From: a bacterium
Lineage (GTDB): Bacteria; UBA8248; JACPRG01; G963555815
Direction of reading: 5' to 3'
Assembly (NCBI GenBank): GCA_965249615.1
Contig: CBDFMI010000005.1
Span: forward strand, 199,462 to 263,461
Length of the DNA: 64,000 nucleotides
Under the pieces are notes generated by a model that did no database searches, had not been told where the DNA came from, and saw nothing but the letters and a program-made list of their open reading frames with translations. The position numbers and the translations under genes are program-made. Positions 19,850 to 31,834 of this stretch are shown here, one piece after another. How positions within the stretch are numbered: the first letter of the stretch is position 1; every line of letters starts with the position of its first letter.

Positions 19850-21255
19850 TTGAGCCTGGAGTTACAACAAAAGCAAAGGCAAACGCAGAAGCTGGTCATG
19901 ACGGTCATGCTTCAGCAGGCCATCCAGCTCCTGCCCCTCTCCCGCCTTGAGCTCCAACAGCGGGTCCAGCAGGAGATGGTGGAGAACCCCCTCCTTGAAG
20001 AGGTCCTAGGCGGCGAGGGTGGAGTTGAAGGTCAGGAAGAAGAGGTGCAGACCCCAGAGGTGCCCGAAGGAGAGATCCTAGACCCCGACCTCGCCTTGGC
20101 GGCCTCCTTCGGTGACACCCTTGATCTCGGCTATTACGAAGAGGACCTCCCGGCGCGCCCCTCTCCGGAGGCTACACTCAGTCACGAGACTTCCCTCTCG
20201 GACCACCTCCATTGGCAGCTCTCCCTCTCGACGGCCAAAAGAGAGGAGAGGATTTTGGGGGCCCTCATCATCGGGAATATTTCCGAGGAGGGTTATTTCC
20301 AGGGGGACCTTGAGGAGATCGCCAGAGAGGGCGAGACGACCACAGAACGGGCGGCCGAGGTTCTAAAGCTCATCCGGTCCTTCGACCCGCCGGGGGTGGG
20401 GGCCTGCTCCCTTCCGGAGTGCCTTCGCCTGCAGCTGGAGTCTCTGGGGGGCCTGAGCCCGCTCCTGGACGCACTCTTGAGCGACCACCTGGACCGATTG
20501 GAGGACCGGAACCTTCCGAAGATCGCCCGCTCTCTTGGAGTCGAAGTTTCTGAAGTGTCGGCGGCTGCACGACTTATCCGGGGACTGGACCCCTATCCGG
20601 GTCTTCGATACCAGCAGTCCCGCACCGAGTGCGTCTATCCCGATGTCTACGTGATCAAGATGGGCGATGAATATCAGGTCTACCTTAATGACGACGGCCT
20701 CCCGAAGCTTCGGATCAACGGCTATTATCGAAAGATCATCCAGCAGGGGGCAAACGCCGACGACCAAGCCTATCTGGGCGAGCGGTTCAAGTCGGCCCTT
20801 TGGCTCATCAGAAGTATTGAACAGCGCCGCCAGACGCTCCTAAAAGTCTCCCGCAGCATTGTCCACCACCAACGTGATTTCTTCGATCGGGGTCTCGAAG
20901 CCCTTCATCCCCTCGTGTTGAAGCAGGTGGCGGACGACATCGAGATGCATGAGTCCACTGTCAGCCGTGTTACCACCCACAAGTACATACACACCCCGCA
21001 GGGGGTCCTTGAACTAAAATTCTTTTTCAATGGGGCGATTGGATTGCTCGACGGCGAAAGCATGTCTTCTACATCGGTCAAGGAACAAGTACGCCGTCTT
21101 GTGGGGAAGAAGACCCTCTAAAACCCCTTACGGACGAGCGTATCGGGGAGGCCCTCAGGGCCAGAAACATCATCATCGCCCGAAGAACGGTGACGAAGTA
21201 TCGAAAGGAACTGAAACTCCCCCCGGCTGGAAAGCGGAAGAAGATTTGCACCTAA
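19850..21255 (+). CDS. rpoN: RNA polymerase σ54 factor RpoN (apparent 1-nt frameshift near the C-terminus)
   Basis: Glutamine-rich N-terminus, core-binding domain, HTH and RpoN box (ARRTVTKYRKEL). The RpoN box sits in frame ≡1, while the body is in frame ≡2. One extra G in the GGGG run at 21103-21106 restores ...LVGEEDPLKPLTDERIGEALRARNIIIARRTVTKYRKE... Confidence 0.85.
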
Positions 21256-21350
21256 AGGCCCTTTAGGAGACGGCGATGTCCTCGTGTCACTCCGAGGACG
21301 GCCGCACACTCTTTGATCAGGGGTTCCTTGGGGTCACTTAGGGGATAGAG

Positions 21351-22316
21351 ATGGGTTTGCTGACGGTTCAAGAGCTCCTGGAGGCCCAGGGAAAGACCCT
21401 TGAGCTGGAAGTTCTTGCGGGGGCCAAGGGGCTTCAGAATCCCATCGGGCATCCGCGGATCCAGAAGTACAGCCTGGCCTTTGCGGGCTACTTTCGGTTT
21501 TTCCATCCCGACCGGGTCCAGATTATGGGCGAGACGGAGGTGTCTTACCTTCAAACCCTTCCGCCCCCCCGCCAGACAGAGGTCATCGAGGCTCTTTTCG
21601 CCCATCCCATCTGCTGCGTGATCGTGACGAAGGGTTTAGAAGTCCCGCCCAGCCTGTTGGCGGCCGCCGACCGGAGTCATGCCCCGGTTCTTCGTTCCGC
21701 GCGCAAGAGCTCCGTAGTGATGACACAGCTTTCGGCCTATGTGGAGGATTGCTTGGCGCCCAAGACGACGGTCCACGGGGTTCTGATGGATGTTTATGGC
21801 GTCGGGGTCCTTATCTTGGGTAAGAGCGGGATCGGCAAGAGCGAGAGCGCTCTCCACCTGATCCAGCGCGGGCACCGCCTGATTGCCGACGATGTCGTGG
21901 AGGTGCGTCAGAAGGAGAACATCCTGGTGGGAAGCGGTTTGGAGCTCCTTCGCCACCACATCGAGATCCGAGGCATGGGGATCGTGAACATCCGCGACCT
22001 CTTTGGGGTTGCGGCCATCCGTGACCACAAGAAGATTGAGCTCGTGGTCCACTTGCAGGAGTGGGATCCCAAGCAGGATTATGACCGCCTAGGCCTGGAC
22101 GAAGAGACCCACACACTTCTTGGTCTGAACATTCCGCTGGTTCGGGCCCCGGTGAGGCCCGGGCGGAATATCTCCACCATCATCGAAGTGTCCGCTCGAA
22201 ATCAGCTCCTTCGGGTCATGGGCTATCACTCCGCCGAGGTTTTTAACGAGAAGCTCCTCCAACAGCTTACCTCGATCCCCACCGCCTCGAAACCCTTCGA
22301 GTGCAATGAAGAGTGA
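21351..22316 (+). CDS. hprK: HPr kinase/phosphorylase
   Basis: Walker A GKSGIGKSE and HprK signature regions; 321 aa. Confidence 0.9.
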   Translation: MGLLTVQELLEAQGKTLELEVLAGAKGLQNPIGHPRIQKYSLAFAGYFRFFHPDRVQIMGETEVSYLQTLPPPRQTEVIEALFAHPICCVIVTKGLEVPPSLLAAADRSHAPVLRSARKSSVVMTQLSAYVEDCLAPKTTVHGVLMDVYGVGVLILGKSGIGKSESALHLIQRGHRLIADDVVEVRQKENILVGSGLELLRHHIEIRGMGIVNIRDLFGVAAIRDHKKIELVVHLQEWDPKQDYDRLGLDEETHTLLGLNIPLVRAPVRPGRNISTIIEVSARNQLLRVMGYHSAEVFNEKLLQQLTSIPTASKPFECNEE

Positions 22317-22758
22317 GGGGCCCGAAGAGGGGGCCCGGCCAGCACCCCTGGGAGTCGTCCTCGTGACACACGGGCGACTGGGGGTGGAACTTAAGGAAAT
22401 TGCGGAGGTCATCGTGGGGCCGCTTTCGGGTGTGAAGGCCGTTAGCATTGACGTGGACGTGGACCGGGCCCGGACCGCCATCGGAGAGGCCATCAATGAG
22501 GTGGACCAGGGTCCTGGGGTCCTCCTCCTCATCGACATGTTCGGGGGCACTCCCTCTAACCTCAGCCTCTCCTTCCTTGATCAGAAGAGGGTGGAGGTCG
22601 TCACAGGCGTCAATCTCCCCATGCTTCTCAAGCTCCCATTCATCTTGGACAAGATGGACCTGAAAGAGGCGGCGGCCTTCATCCGGGACTACGGGAGAAA
22701 GAATATCACCGTGGCCGGCGCGCTCTTGACTCCCTCTGAGGCGGGGCCGGAGACTTGA
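22306..22758 (+). CDS. PTS EIIA component, mannose/fructose/sorbose family
   Basis: EIIA-Man fold (VVLVTHGRLGVEL ... LLIDMFGGTPSN). Confidence 0.75.
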   Translation: MKSEGPEEGARPAPLGVVLVTHGRLGVELKEIAEVIVGPLSGVKAVSIDVDVDRARTAIGEAINEVDQGPGVLLLIDMFGGTPSNLSLSFLDQKRVEVVTGVNLPMLLKLPFILDKMDLKEAAAFIRDYGRKNITVAGALLTPSEAGPET

Positions 22759-23033
22759 GCCTACGGGTGGAGGCGGAGGTCACCATTCAGAACCGGTTAG
22801 GGCTCCACGCCCGGTCGGCGGCGGCGCTCGTGAAAATAACCAATCGGTACACCAGTGAGGTGTCGATCGCAAAAGATGGCCTGGTCGTGAACGGCAAGAG
22901 TATTATGGGAGTGATGATGCTGGGGGCGGCGAAGGGGACCTGCCTGACTTTGCAGGCCGAGGGACCTGACGCCGAGGCCCTTATCGCTGAGATGGTCCAC
23001 CTCATTAACCAGAAGTTTTACGAGGACTCATGA
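22755..23033 (+). CDS. ptsH: Phosphocarrier protein HPr
   Basis: NRLGLHARSAA (His15 region) and Ser46 region GKSIMGVMMLGA; 92 aa. Confidence 0.85.
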   Translation: MSLRVEAEVTIQNRLGLHARSAAALVKITNRYTSEVSIAKDGLVVNGKSIMGVMMLGAAKGTCLTLQAEGPDAEALIAEMVHLINQKFYEDS

Positions 23034-24832
23034 CGACTGTTTCACCCAGAGAAGAAGAGCTCTACGGGATCGGGGTTTCACCCGGGATTGTCCAGGGTGA
23101 AGTCCATCTCGTGGGCCGAAGGAACCAGGAGGTTCCCCGGTATCGTATTTCTCCGGATGAGGTGGAGGCGGAAGTGGAGCGCTTCCAGCGGGCTCTGGGG
23201 GAGGCCAGGGAGGAGCACGCCAGGCTTCTCAGACGTCTGGGTCCCGTTCTCAGGAAAGAGCACCTCGGCATCCTGGATGCCCACCACCTGCTCCTCGGGG
23301 ACGAGATGCTGATCCAGGCTGCCGTGGAGCACGTGCGCCAGGATTGCTGGAACGCCGAATGGGCCCTTCAGATGGCCGTAGACCGGTTCAAGGGGATCTT
23401 TGAAGCGATGGGCCATGAGTATTTGCGGGAACGGCAGGGGGATCTGCACCAGGTGAGCGAGCATCTCTTGAGCCATCTCCTCGGCACAGCCCGAGCGGGT
23501 AGCCCGCTGGCCCAGAGACCGATGGTCCTGGTGGCCCACGAGCTTACGCCCGCCGAGCTGCTGGATCTCCACCAAGGACCCCTTCTTGGTTTTGTGACTG
23601 ACCTTGGCGGCAAGACCTCTCACACCGCGATCCTCGCCGGTGCCCTGGATATCCCGGCCGTCCTGGGTCTCAGGGAGATCACCCAACGGGTTCAAACGGG
23701 GGATGCGATCCTCTTGGACGGGGAGACGGGGCGAGTGGTCCTTCATCCCCTGGAGGAGACCGTCCGGGAAAGCGAATCAAGTCGTCTCCGGTATATCCAG
23801 CATCAAGAGGCCCTGCAGAGGTTGAGGGCCCTGGCCTGTGTCACCTCAGACGGAGTGCGGTGCGCCCTCAGGGCCAACGTAGAGCTGGCTGAGGAGGTCG
23901 CCGCGGTCCAGGCTTACGGCGCCGAAGGAGTGGGTCTTTACAGAACCGAATACCTCTTTCTCAACCGGCCCGACCTGCCCGGGGAGGAGGAGCACTTTCA
24001 GGCCTACCGGAGGCTGGCCGAGTCCGTCCTGCCCCACCCGGCTGTCATTCGAACCTTTGACTTGGGAGGGGACATCTTTCCGGCTTCCCTGGGCCTTCCT
24101 CATGAGCAAAACCCTGCCCTGGGCCTTCGGGCGATTCGTTTGAGCCTGGAGCAAAGGGATCTCTTCTTGCCCCAGCTCAGGGGGATCTTGAGGGCGAGCG
24201 CCTTTGGAAAGCTTCAGCTGATGTATCCACTCATCTCGGGAGTGGAGGAGGTCCGCAGGGCGAACGCCTTGTTGGAGGAGGTGAAGGAGGGACTTCGTGC
24301 CGAGGGGGTGGACTTCGATGGGGAGCTTCCGGTGGGAGTCATGATCGAGACCCCATCTGCAGCGATTCTGGCCGATGTCCTGGCTCAGGAGGTGGATTTC
24401 TTCAGCATCGGGACGAACGACCTCAGCCAGTACACCCTCGCCCTGGATCGGGGGAATGAAGAGGCCTCCTCCTTTTACGAGCCTTTCCACCCCGCCGTCC
24501 TTCGCCTCATCCGCAGTGTCGTCGCACAGGCGGAAAAATCCGGCATTCGGGTCGCCCTTTGCGGCGAGATGGCGGCGGACCCCCTTCAAGCCCTTATCCT
24601 CATCGGGCTTGGGCTTCGAGACCTTAGCATGACCCCTCGCTCCATCCCCCGGGTGAAACAGATTCTTCGGTCGATCTCCTTGGTCCAGGCGGAGGAGATG
24701 GCCCAAAAGGCCCTGGGGCTTGCAACGGCCGACGAGTTGAGGGCACTGAGGGCCTGGGTTCGCGAGGACCTGGCCCCCCAATTTCCTGACCAGTTACCCT
24801 TGGATCTATCCACTCTTTCGGCCCCGGTCTAA
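23030..24832 (+). CDS. ptsI: Phosphoenolpyruvate-protein phosphotransferase (Enzyme I)
   Basis: 600 aa; [11 protein letters not shown] phospho-His region and the PEP-utilizing C-terminal domain. Confidence 0.9.
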   Translation: MTTVSPREEELYGIGVSPGIVQGEVHLVGRRNQEVPRYRISPDEVEAEVERFQRALGEAREEHARLLRRLGPVLRKEHLGILDAHHLLLGDEMLIQAAVEHVRQDCWNAEWALQMAVDRFKGIFEAMGHEYLRERQGDLHQVSEHLLSHLLGTARAGSPLAQRPMVLVAHELTPAELLDLHQGPLLGFVTDLGGKTSHTAILAGALDIPAVLGLREITQRVQTGDAILLDGETGRVVLHPLEETVRESESSRLRYIQHQEALQRLRALACVTSDGVRCALRANVELAEEVAAVQAYGAEGVGLYRTEYLFLNRPDLPGEEEHFQAYRRLAESVLPHPAVIRTFDLGGDIFPASLGLPHEQNPALGLRAIRLSLEQRDLFLPQLRGILRASAFGKLQLMYPLISGVEEVRRANALLEEVKEGLRAEGVDFDGELPVGVMIETPSAAILADVLAQEVDFFSIGTNDLSQYTLALDRGNEEASSFYEPFHPAVLRLIRSVVAQAEKSGIRVALCGEMAADPLQALILIGLGLRDLSMTPRSIPRVKQILRSISLVQAEEMAQKALGLATADELRALRAWVREDLAPQFPDQLPLDLSTLSAPV

Positions 24833-24854
24833 GCCGGGGGCTTGGGAGGCATCG

Positions 24855-26021
24855 ATGGGAAAAACGAATTTCCTCTTTACGTCTGAGTCAGTGACGGAGG
24901 GTCATCCGGACAAGGTGTCCGATCAGATCTCCGACGCTGTCGTGGACGCTGTCTTGGAACAGGACCCCCTCGGGCGGGTTGCCTGCGAGACCCTGGTGAC
25001 GACGGGCCTTGCCTTTGTGTCCGGGGAGATCACGACAAAGTGTTATGTGCACATCCCGAGCGTCGTGCGGAAGGTCATCCACGACATTGGCTACACCCGT
25101 GCCAAGTATGGATTTGACAGCGAGACCTGCGCCGTCATTACCTCCATTGACGAACAGTCGCCCGACATAGATATGGGAGTCTCTGAGCGGGGGGGACATG
25201 AACAGGGGGCAGGGGACCAGGGGTTGATGTTTGGATACGCCACTCGGGAGACCGAGGAGCTTATGCCCCTTCCTATCTTGCTGGCCCACAAGGTCTGCGA
25301 ACGGCTGGCCGAGATTCGAAAGAATGACGTTCTCAGCTACCTTCGCCCTGACGGGAAGAGTCAGGTGACGGTAGAGTACGTCAACGGGAACCCTCTTCGG
25401 GTAGACACTGTCGTGGTGGCGGCCCAGCATAGCCCTGAGGCCGAGCTCGATGAGATACGCGAGGACATGATCGAGAAGGTCATCAAGCCGGTGATCCCTG
25501 CCCATTTGCTGGATGAGGAACGGGTGACTTATCATGTGAACCCCACTGGACGGTTCGTGGTGGGGGGGCCCAAGGCCGACACCGGCCTGACCGGCCGGAA
25601 GCTCATCGTGGACACCTACGGAGGGGTTGGGAGCCACGGGGGGGGATCCTTCTCCGGCAAGGACCCTAGCAAGGTGGACCGCTCGGCGTCTTACATGGCC
25701 CGCCACATTGCCAAGAACATCGTGGCGTCCTCTGCCTGCGACAAGTGCGAGGTCCAGCTTGCCTACGCCATTGGTATCCCTGAACCGGTCTCGGTCATGG
25801 TGGACGATTTCGGGACGGGCCGGGTTGAGCTGGAGAAGATGCGACGAAGTGTCCGCGAGATCTTCCCCCTGAAACCCAGGCAGATCATCGAATATCTGGA
25901 CCTTCGTCGGCCCATTTTCAGAAAGACAGCTGCCTATGGACACTTTGGCCGAAACGAGCCCGAGTTTACCTGGGAGAAGACGAACCGGGTGGGCGACATA
26001 AAAACCGCCCTCGGCCTTTAA
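24855..26021 (+). CDS. metK: S-adenosylmethionine synthetase
   Basis: [25 protein letters not shown] ... [19 protein letters not shown]; 388 aa. Confidence 0.95.
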   Translation: MGKTNFLFTSESVTEGHPDKVSDQISDAVVDAVLEQDPLGRVACETLVTTGLAFVSGEITTKCYVHIPSVVRKVIHDIGYTRAKYGFDSETCAVITSIDEQSPDIDMGVSERGGHEQGAGDQGLMFGYATRETEELMPLPILLAHKVCERLAEIRKNDVLSYLRPDGKSQVTVEYVNGNPLRVDTVVVAAQHSPEAELDEIREDMIEKVIKPVIPAHLLDEERVTYHVNPTGRFVVGGPKADTGLTGRKLIVDTYGGVGSHGGGSFSGKDPSKVDRSASYMARHIAKNIVASSACDKCEVQLAYAIGIPEPVSVMVDDFGTGRVELEKMRRSVREIFPLKPRQIIEYLDLRRPIFRKTAAYGHFGRNEPEFTWEKTNRVGDIKTALGL

Positions 26022-27308
<1,287 letters not shown>

Positions 27309-27338
27309 TGAGGGGACAGGGCCCCTTTCAGGAAAGAC

Positions 27339-28028
27339 GTGGAGCGTCTGCTCGAGCCCGAGGTGATGGACTCCCTCGAAGAGGCAGTGGAGTATGACCG
27401 GATGGACCACCGTCTGGCGAACGAGGCCTTCGTCGAGAGGGCCCTCGAACTCGGAGCAAAGGGGGGCGACCTTCTGGATCTCGGGACAGGCCCTGCGGTG
27501 ATCTCCGTCGTCCTCTGCCAGGGGCTTCCCGATCTAAAGGTCATCGCCTGCGACCTCTCGCAAGGCATGTTGGCGATCGCCACCCAGCGGGTCGAAAATG
27601 CCGGTCTCCAGGACCGGATCGATCTTCGCCGCCTGGATGCCAAGGTGCTTCCTTTCAAAGACGCCTCCTTTGACGGCCTTCTCTCGAACAGCCTCGTCCA
27701 CCACCTCCCCGATCCGATCATCGCCCTTCGCGAGATAGCCCGTGTGGTCCGAGACGACGGGCTTTTCCTCGTCCGGGACCTCATCCGCCCTGAGACAGAA
27801 GAGCGGGCGCGGGAGCTTGTCCGAGAATACGCGGGGGAGGAGGGAGAAGGAGGAAAGAGGATGTTCTACAATTCTTTTCTGGCTTCTTTGACCCTGGAGG
27901 AAGTGGAGGCTCTTGTTGCCGATCTCGATCTTCCGGGGGTCAGGGTCGTTCAGTCCTCGGACCGGCATTGGACTCTCGAGCGGCCGGCCGGCGGGCACCA
28001 CAAAAACTCCTCAGGGGAGAAGAGGTAG
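27339..28028 (+). CDS. Class I SAM-dependent methyltransferase
   Basis: Motif I LLDLGTGPA, post-I acidic and motif II regions. Directly downstream of metK and ahcY. Confidence 0.7.
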   Translation: MERLLEPEVMDSLEEAVEYDRMDHRLANEAFVERALELGAKGGDLLDLGTGPAVISVVLCQGLPDLKVIACDLSQGMLAIATQRVENAGLQDRIDLRRLDAKVLPFKDASFDGLLSNSLVHHLPDPIIALREIARVVRDDGLFLVRDLIRPETEERARELVREYAGEEGEGGKRMFYNSFLASLTLEEVEALVADLDLPGVRVVQSSDRHWTLERPAGGHHKNSSGEKR

Positions 28029-28029
28029 G

Positions 28030-29121
28030 GTGGTTTCGTCTTGCTGGGCCTCGGGCCACAGGAGGTGGCTGTGGGGGATCCTTTTGGTTGGAGCCCTTTC
28101 CGGATGCTCGAAACCCGCTTACTTGGTGGGACTTGCCCGAGGACAGGCCAAGATCCTTGCCCACAGGGTCCCCATTGAGGAGATCCTGAAGGAGCCCCCC
28201 GAAGACCTTTCCGAGGAGCACCTTGCAAGGCTCCGCATGCTCCCTGAGATCAAAAACTTCTCTGCCCGTTTGGGACTTGAGGTTGAAGACCTCTACTCCA
28301 CCTACTCGCCTGTTCGGGACTTTGAACTCTGGGTCGTCAGCGCCAGCGAAAAGCTTCACCTGGAGTCTTATCTCTGGCGCTGGCCCCTGGTGGGGTCCGT
28401 TCCCTACAAAGGTTTCTTCTCGAAAGAGGCCGCTCAGAAGGAGATGCGGGCTCTAAAAGCCCAGGGCCTCGATGTCAACCTCAGAAGTGTCCCGACCCAC
28501 AGCACCATCGGCTGGTTTGAGGACCCCGTCCTCCCCCCGATGCTCCACGCTTCGGAGATCTCTTTCATTTCCCTTCTCGTCCATGAGGCGGTCCACGCCA
28601 CCATCTACCGCCCCGACGCCCCAGTCTTTAACGAAGGGGTGGCGGCCTTCATCGAACGGAAAGGGGTGGAGCTTTTTGTCCGGGAAAGACACGGGATTTC
28701 TTCCGAAATCTATCAGCGCTATCTAAAGAGAGAGCGGGGGCAGAGGGCTTTTCTGCGGGTCATCAACTCCCTCTTTGAGGCGCTTGAGAACCTGTATTCA
28801 CAGGAGATCCCGGAGGCCGAAAAGCTCAGTCGCCGCCAAGCGCTCTTTGGTCGATATCTCTCGGCCCACACCAACCTTCAGAGGAGGGTGGAGGCAGAGC
28901 AACGCAAAGCGGGAGAGGGCGTGGACCTGAACAACGCTTTTCTCCTCTCTTACCGGATCTATTTTGAAGAGGAGGAGAAGCTGGAGCGCCTCTACCGGGC
29001 CACGGGGAATGACCTCAAGCTCACACTCGAACTTCTTACATCTCTGGGCCGAAGGGAAGGGGACCCCTTTGTTCTCATGGAAGAAATCATGGCAGAGCTC
29101 GCGAGAAACCCCGCGAGATGA
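28030..29121 (+). CDS. Putative aminopeptidase lipoprotein (DUF2265-like; HExxH-type LVHEAVH)
   Basis: GTG start 2 nt after the upstream stop. Signal peptide with lipobox LSGC. LLVHEAVHATIY metal-binding motif. Confidence 0.5.
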   Translation: MVSSCWASGHRRWLWGILLVGALSGCSKPAYLVGLARGQAKILAHRVPIEEILKEPPEDLSEEHLARLRMLPEIKNFSARLGLEVEDLYSTYSPVRDFELWVVSASEKLHLESYLWRWPLVGSVPYKGFFSKEAAQKEMRALKAQGLDVNLRSVPTHSTIGWFEDPVLPPMLHASEISFISLLVHEAVHATIYRPDAPVFNEGVAAFIERKGVELFVRERHGISSEIYQRYLKRERGQRAFLRVINSLFEALENLYSQEIPEAEKLSRRQALFGRYLSAHTNLQRRVEAEQRKAGEGVDLNNAFLLSYRIYFEEEEKLERLYRATGNDLKLTLELLTSLGRREGDPFVLMEEIMAELARNPAR

Positions 29122-29184
29122 ACAGAAGTTGACTTTCCCCCTTAATGTGCCATATATTTCAGAGAGTTATGGGGAGGGGGGGCC

Positions 29185-30372
29185 TTGTTGAGACAAAGGC
29201 CTAAAAAATTCGCGATCTGGGGTGGAGCACTCTTTGTTGCAGGAGCGCTTCTCGTCGGGACCATTCCGGGTCTGGTCCTGGCGCGATCCCTCTCTGTGAC
29301 GAAAATCCTGGCTGAGACCCACCCCGATTCCACCCGGATCGTCATCCATGTGAGCGGTCCGACCTCCTATCGCCACGACCGACTCCATAACCCTGAGCGA
29401 CTCTATGTGGACGTCCATGGGAGTGTGCTGAGGCTTCAAACACCCGGGGACATTCCTGGTCGCAACAGTCACCTGAAGCAGATCCGGACAGCTCAAAACA
29501 GCCCCTCCGTCGTCCGGGTGGTCCTTGACCTGAAGAAAAACCCGGATTATCGGGTCTTTACGCTGGCCAATCCTTTTCGGATTGTGGTGGAGATTCAGGG
29601 GCGAGCGCTCGGGGTAGATTCCCCCGAGGCGAAGGGGAGGGCCGATCCCCCGAACATCACATTGGTCGAGCGTTTTAAACGGGGCCTCGGCAGGATTGTC
29701 ATCGACCCAGGACATGGGGGGAAGGATCCGGGGGCCATCGGGGTGACGGGTCTCGAAGAGAAAAAGGTGGCCTTGGACATCGCAAGACGCCTCGCCCCCA
29801 TCCTTCGCAAAACGCTTAGAGCGACGGTCTTTCTCACCCGGGAGAAAGACGTGTTCCTCTCCCTGGAGGCCCGCACCGCCTTTGCCAATGCCAAGAAGGC
29901 CGATCTCTTCATCTCCATCCACGCGAATTCAAGCCCTCGGTCCAAAGTCCGAGGCATTGAGACTTACATTCTTCGGGAGGCCTCGAACCGAGATGCGCTG
30001 GAGACCGCTGCCCGTGAGAACAACGTTTCCATCAAAAAGCTCTCAGACCTTCAGATCATCCTGAGTGACATGATGCTGCGCTCCAAGGCTGACGAGTCCC
30101 TGTTCCTGGCCCGGGCGGTCCATAGCGCCTTGCTGACCTCCGTCAAGACGCAGTCCCCGAAGTCGAAGGATCTCGGCATCCGGCAGGCGCCCTTTTACGT
30201 CCTCCTGGGGGCTGAGATGCCAAGTATTCTCGTGGAGACAGGCTTTATCTCCAACCGGAAGGAAGAAAAGCAGATACGCTCGGCCCGCTATCGAAAGGCC
30301 CTTGCCTTGGCCATCGCCCAAGGCGTGAGAGATTTTGTCACTGGGGCTCCCATTACTGCCCAGGCCCGCTGA
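29185..30372 (+). CDS. N-acetylmuramoyl-L-alanine amidase (AMIN domain plus Amidase_3), AmiC-like
   Basis: Signal peptide, AMIN-like N-domain (TRIVIHVSGPTSY ... VVRVVLDL), catalytic IVIDPGHGGKDPGA ... ETGFISN. Confidence 0.8.
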   Translation: MLRQRPKKFAIWGGALFVAGALLVGTIPGLVLARSLSVTKILAETHPDSTRIVIHVSGPTSYRHDRLHNPERLYVDVHGSVLRLQTPGDIPGRNSHLKQIRTAQNSPSVVRVVLDLKKNPDYRVFTLANPFRIVVEIQGRALGVDSPEAKGRADPPNITLVERFKRGLGRIVIDPGHGGKDPGAIGVTGLEEKKVALDIARRLAPILRKTLRATVFLTREKDVFLSLEARTAFANAKKADLFISIHANSSPRSKVRGIETYILREASNRDALETAARENNVSIKKLSDLQIILSDMMLRSKADESLFLARAVHSALLTSVKTQSPKSKDLGIRQAPFYVLLGAEMPSILVETGFISNRKEEKQIRSARYRKALALAIAQGVRDFVTGAPITAQAR

Positions 30373-30416
30373 GATCCCCTTAGGGGAACCCGTCCACCCC
30401 ATTTCGGATTATCGCC

Positions 30417-31772
30417 ATGCCCCCCCTGGTTGCCATTGTGGGCCGGCCCAACGTGGGAAAGTCCACCCTCTTCAACCGCCTCGTAGGAGGCCGAGGGGCC
30501 ATCGTCGAGCCAACTCCCGGCGTGACCCGGGACTACCACTACAGGGGCACCTCCTGGTCGGGGCGGGACTTTCTGGTAGTGGACACCGGCGGGATCGGCC
30601 TTGACCTGACGACCGATCTGGACCGTTCAGTGGCCCACCAGACGACCATGGCCATCGAAATCGCGGACCTCATCCTTTTCCTGGTGGACGGGCGGGCAGG
30701 GGTGACAGGGGCCGATAAAGAGGTGGCCCAGTCCTTGCGCCGTGCCGCCAAACCCCTCGCCCTGATCGTGAACAAGATAGATGACTCGGGACAAGACACC
30801 GATGTTGCCGAGTTCTATCGTCTTGGCATCGGACCGCTTTACGCCATTTCAGCAGAGCATGGCCGCAGTGTGGGAGACTTGCTGGACGCCATTGTGGAGC
30901 TCCTACCCCCTTCCCCCTCGCCGGAGACCTCCGGGGAGGCCCCGGTGGCAGTGGCGGTGGGGGGGCGACCCAACGTGGGTAAGTCCTCCCTGGTGAACCG
31001 GCTCTTGGGAGAAGAACGCGTCATCGTGAACCCAGAGCCCGGGACGACGCGAGACGCCATTGACACCCCTCTGAGAGTCCAAGGGCGGGACTACCTCCTC
31101 ATCGATACGGCGGGGATCCGGCGAAAGGGAAAGCTGCGTCTCCCTGTGGAGCGTTACAGCGTCCTATCGGCCCTCAAGAGTTTCTCGCGCGCCGATATAG
31201 TTCTCCTTTTGCTGGACGCGACCGAGGGACTGGCGGTGCAAGACGCCCGGATCGCGGGCTACGCCGCCTCGTCCGGAGCAGGCCTTGTCCTGGTGGTGAA
31301 CAAGTGGGACGCAGTCCCTGAAGAGCGCAAGGATGTCCGGATCTGGACGGAGGAGCTTCGAGACCGGTTGAGGCACGTCAGCTTCGCACCCATCCTCACC
31401 CTCTCAGCCCTGACAGGCCAGCGGGTCTCCCGCCTCTTCCCCCTCATCGACCGGGTGGCGGCCGAGCACTCCAAGCGCGTTCCCTCGGCCGAGGTGAGCA
31501 AGGCCCTGGAAGAGATTTTCTTTCGCCACCCGCCCCCCCTCGTGGGCGGGCATCCTATGCGATTTCATTCGGGGAAGCAGATCGGGGTCCGTCCTCCCAC
31601 CTTCCTCTTCTCGGTAAACCGGCCCGAGGCGGTTCATTTCTCCTATGAGCGCTATCTCGCGAATCAGCTCCGCCGGCGTTTTGGGTTTAAGGGAACCCCG
31701 CTTCGTCTGCTCTTCCGCACACGCCGGAAATCCCCTTCGCGAAGAGGAGGCCCCACCCGGGGCGCGCCTTGA
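30417..31772 (+). CDS. der: Ribosome-biogenesis GTPase Der (EngA), tandem GTPase domains
   Basis: Two G-domains (GRPNVGKS twice, DTGG/DTAG, NKID/NKWD) plus a KH-like C-terminus. Confidence 0.9.
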   Translation: MPPLVAIVGRPNVGKSTLFNRLVGGRGAIVEPTPGVTRDYHYRGTSWSGRDFLVVDTGGIGLDLTTDLDRSVAHQTTMAIEIADLILFLVDGRAGVTGADKEVAQSLRRAAKPLALIVNKIDDSGQDTDVAEFYRLGIGPLYAISAEHGRSVGDLLDAIVELLPPSPSPETSGEAPVAVAVGGRPNVGKSSLVNRLLGEERVIVNPEPGTTRDAIDTPLRVQGRDYLLIDTAGIRRKGKLRLPVERYSVLSALKSFSRADIVLLLLDATEGLAVQDARIAGYAASSGAGLVLVVNKWDAVPEERKDVRIWTEELRDRLRHVSFAPILTLSALTGQRVSRLFPLIDRVAAEHSKRVPSAEVSKALEEIFFRHPPPLVGGHPMRFHSGKQIGVRPPTFLFSVNRPEAVHFSYERYLANQLRRRFGFKGTPLRLLFRTRRKSPSRRGGPTRGAP

Positions 31773-31834
31773 CAAGGGATCGGTGCCCTTGTTAGAGTCA
31801 AGGCATCTCTTTGATCCCGAGGGGATGCCTGTGC

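Noticed and set aside
23078-25943. Several 200-350-aa minus-strand ORFs opposite ptsI and metK (23078-23746, 23846-24781, 24888-25943)
   Set aside because: Antisense shadows of highly conserved genes. Pro/Arg/Gly-rich translations typical of GC-rich noncoding frames.
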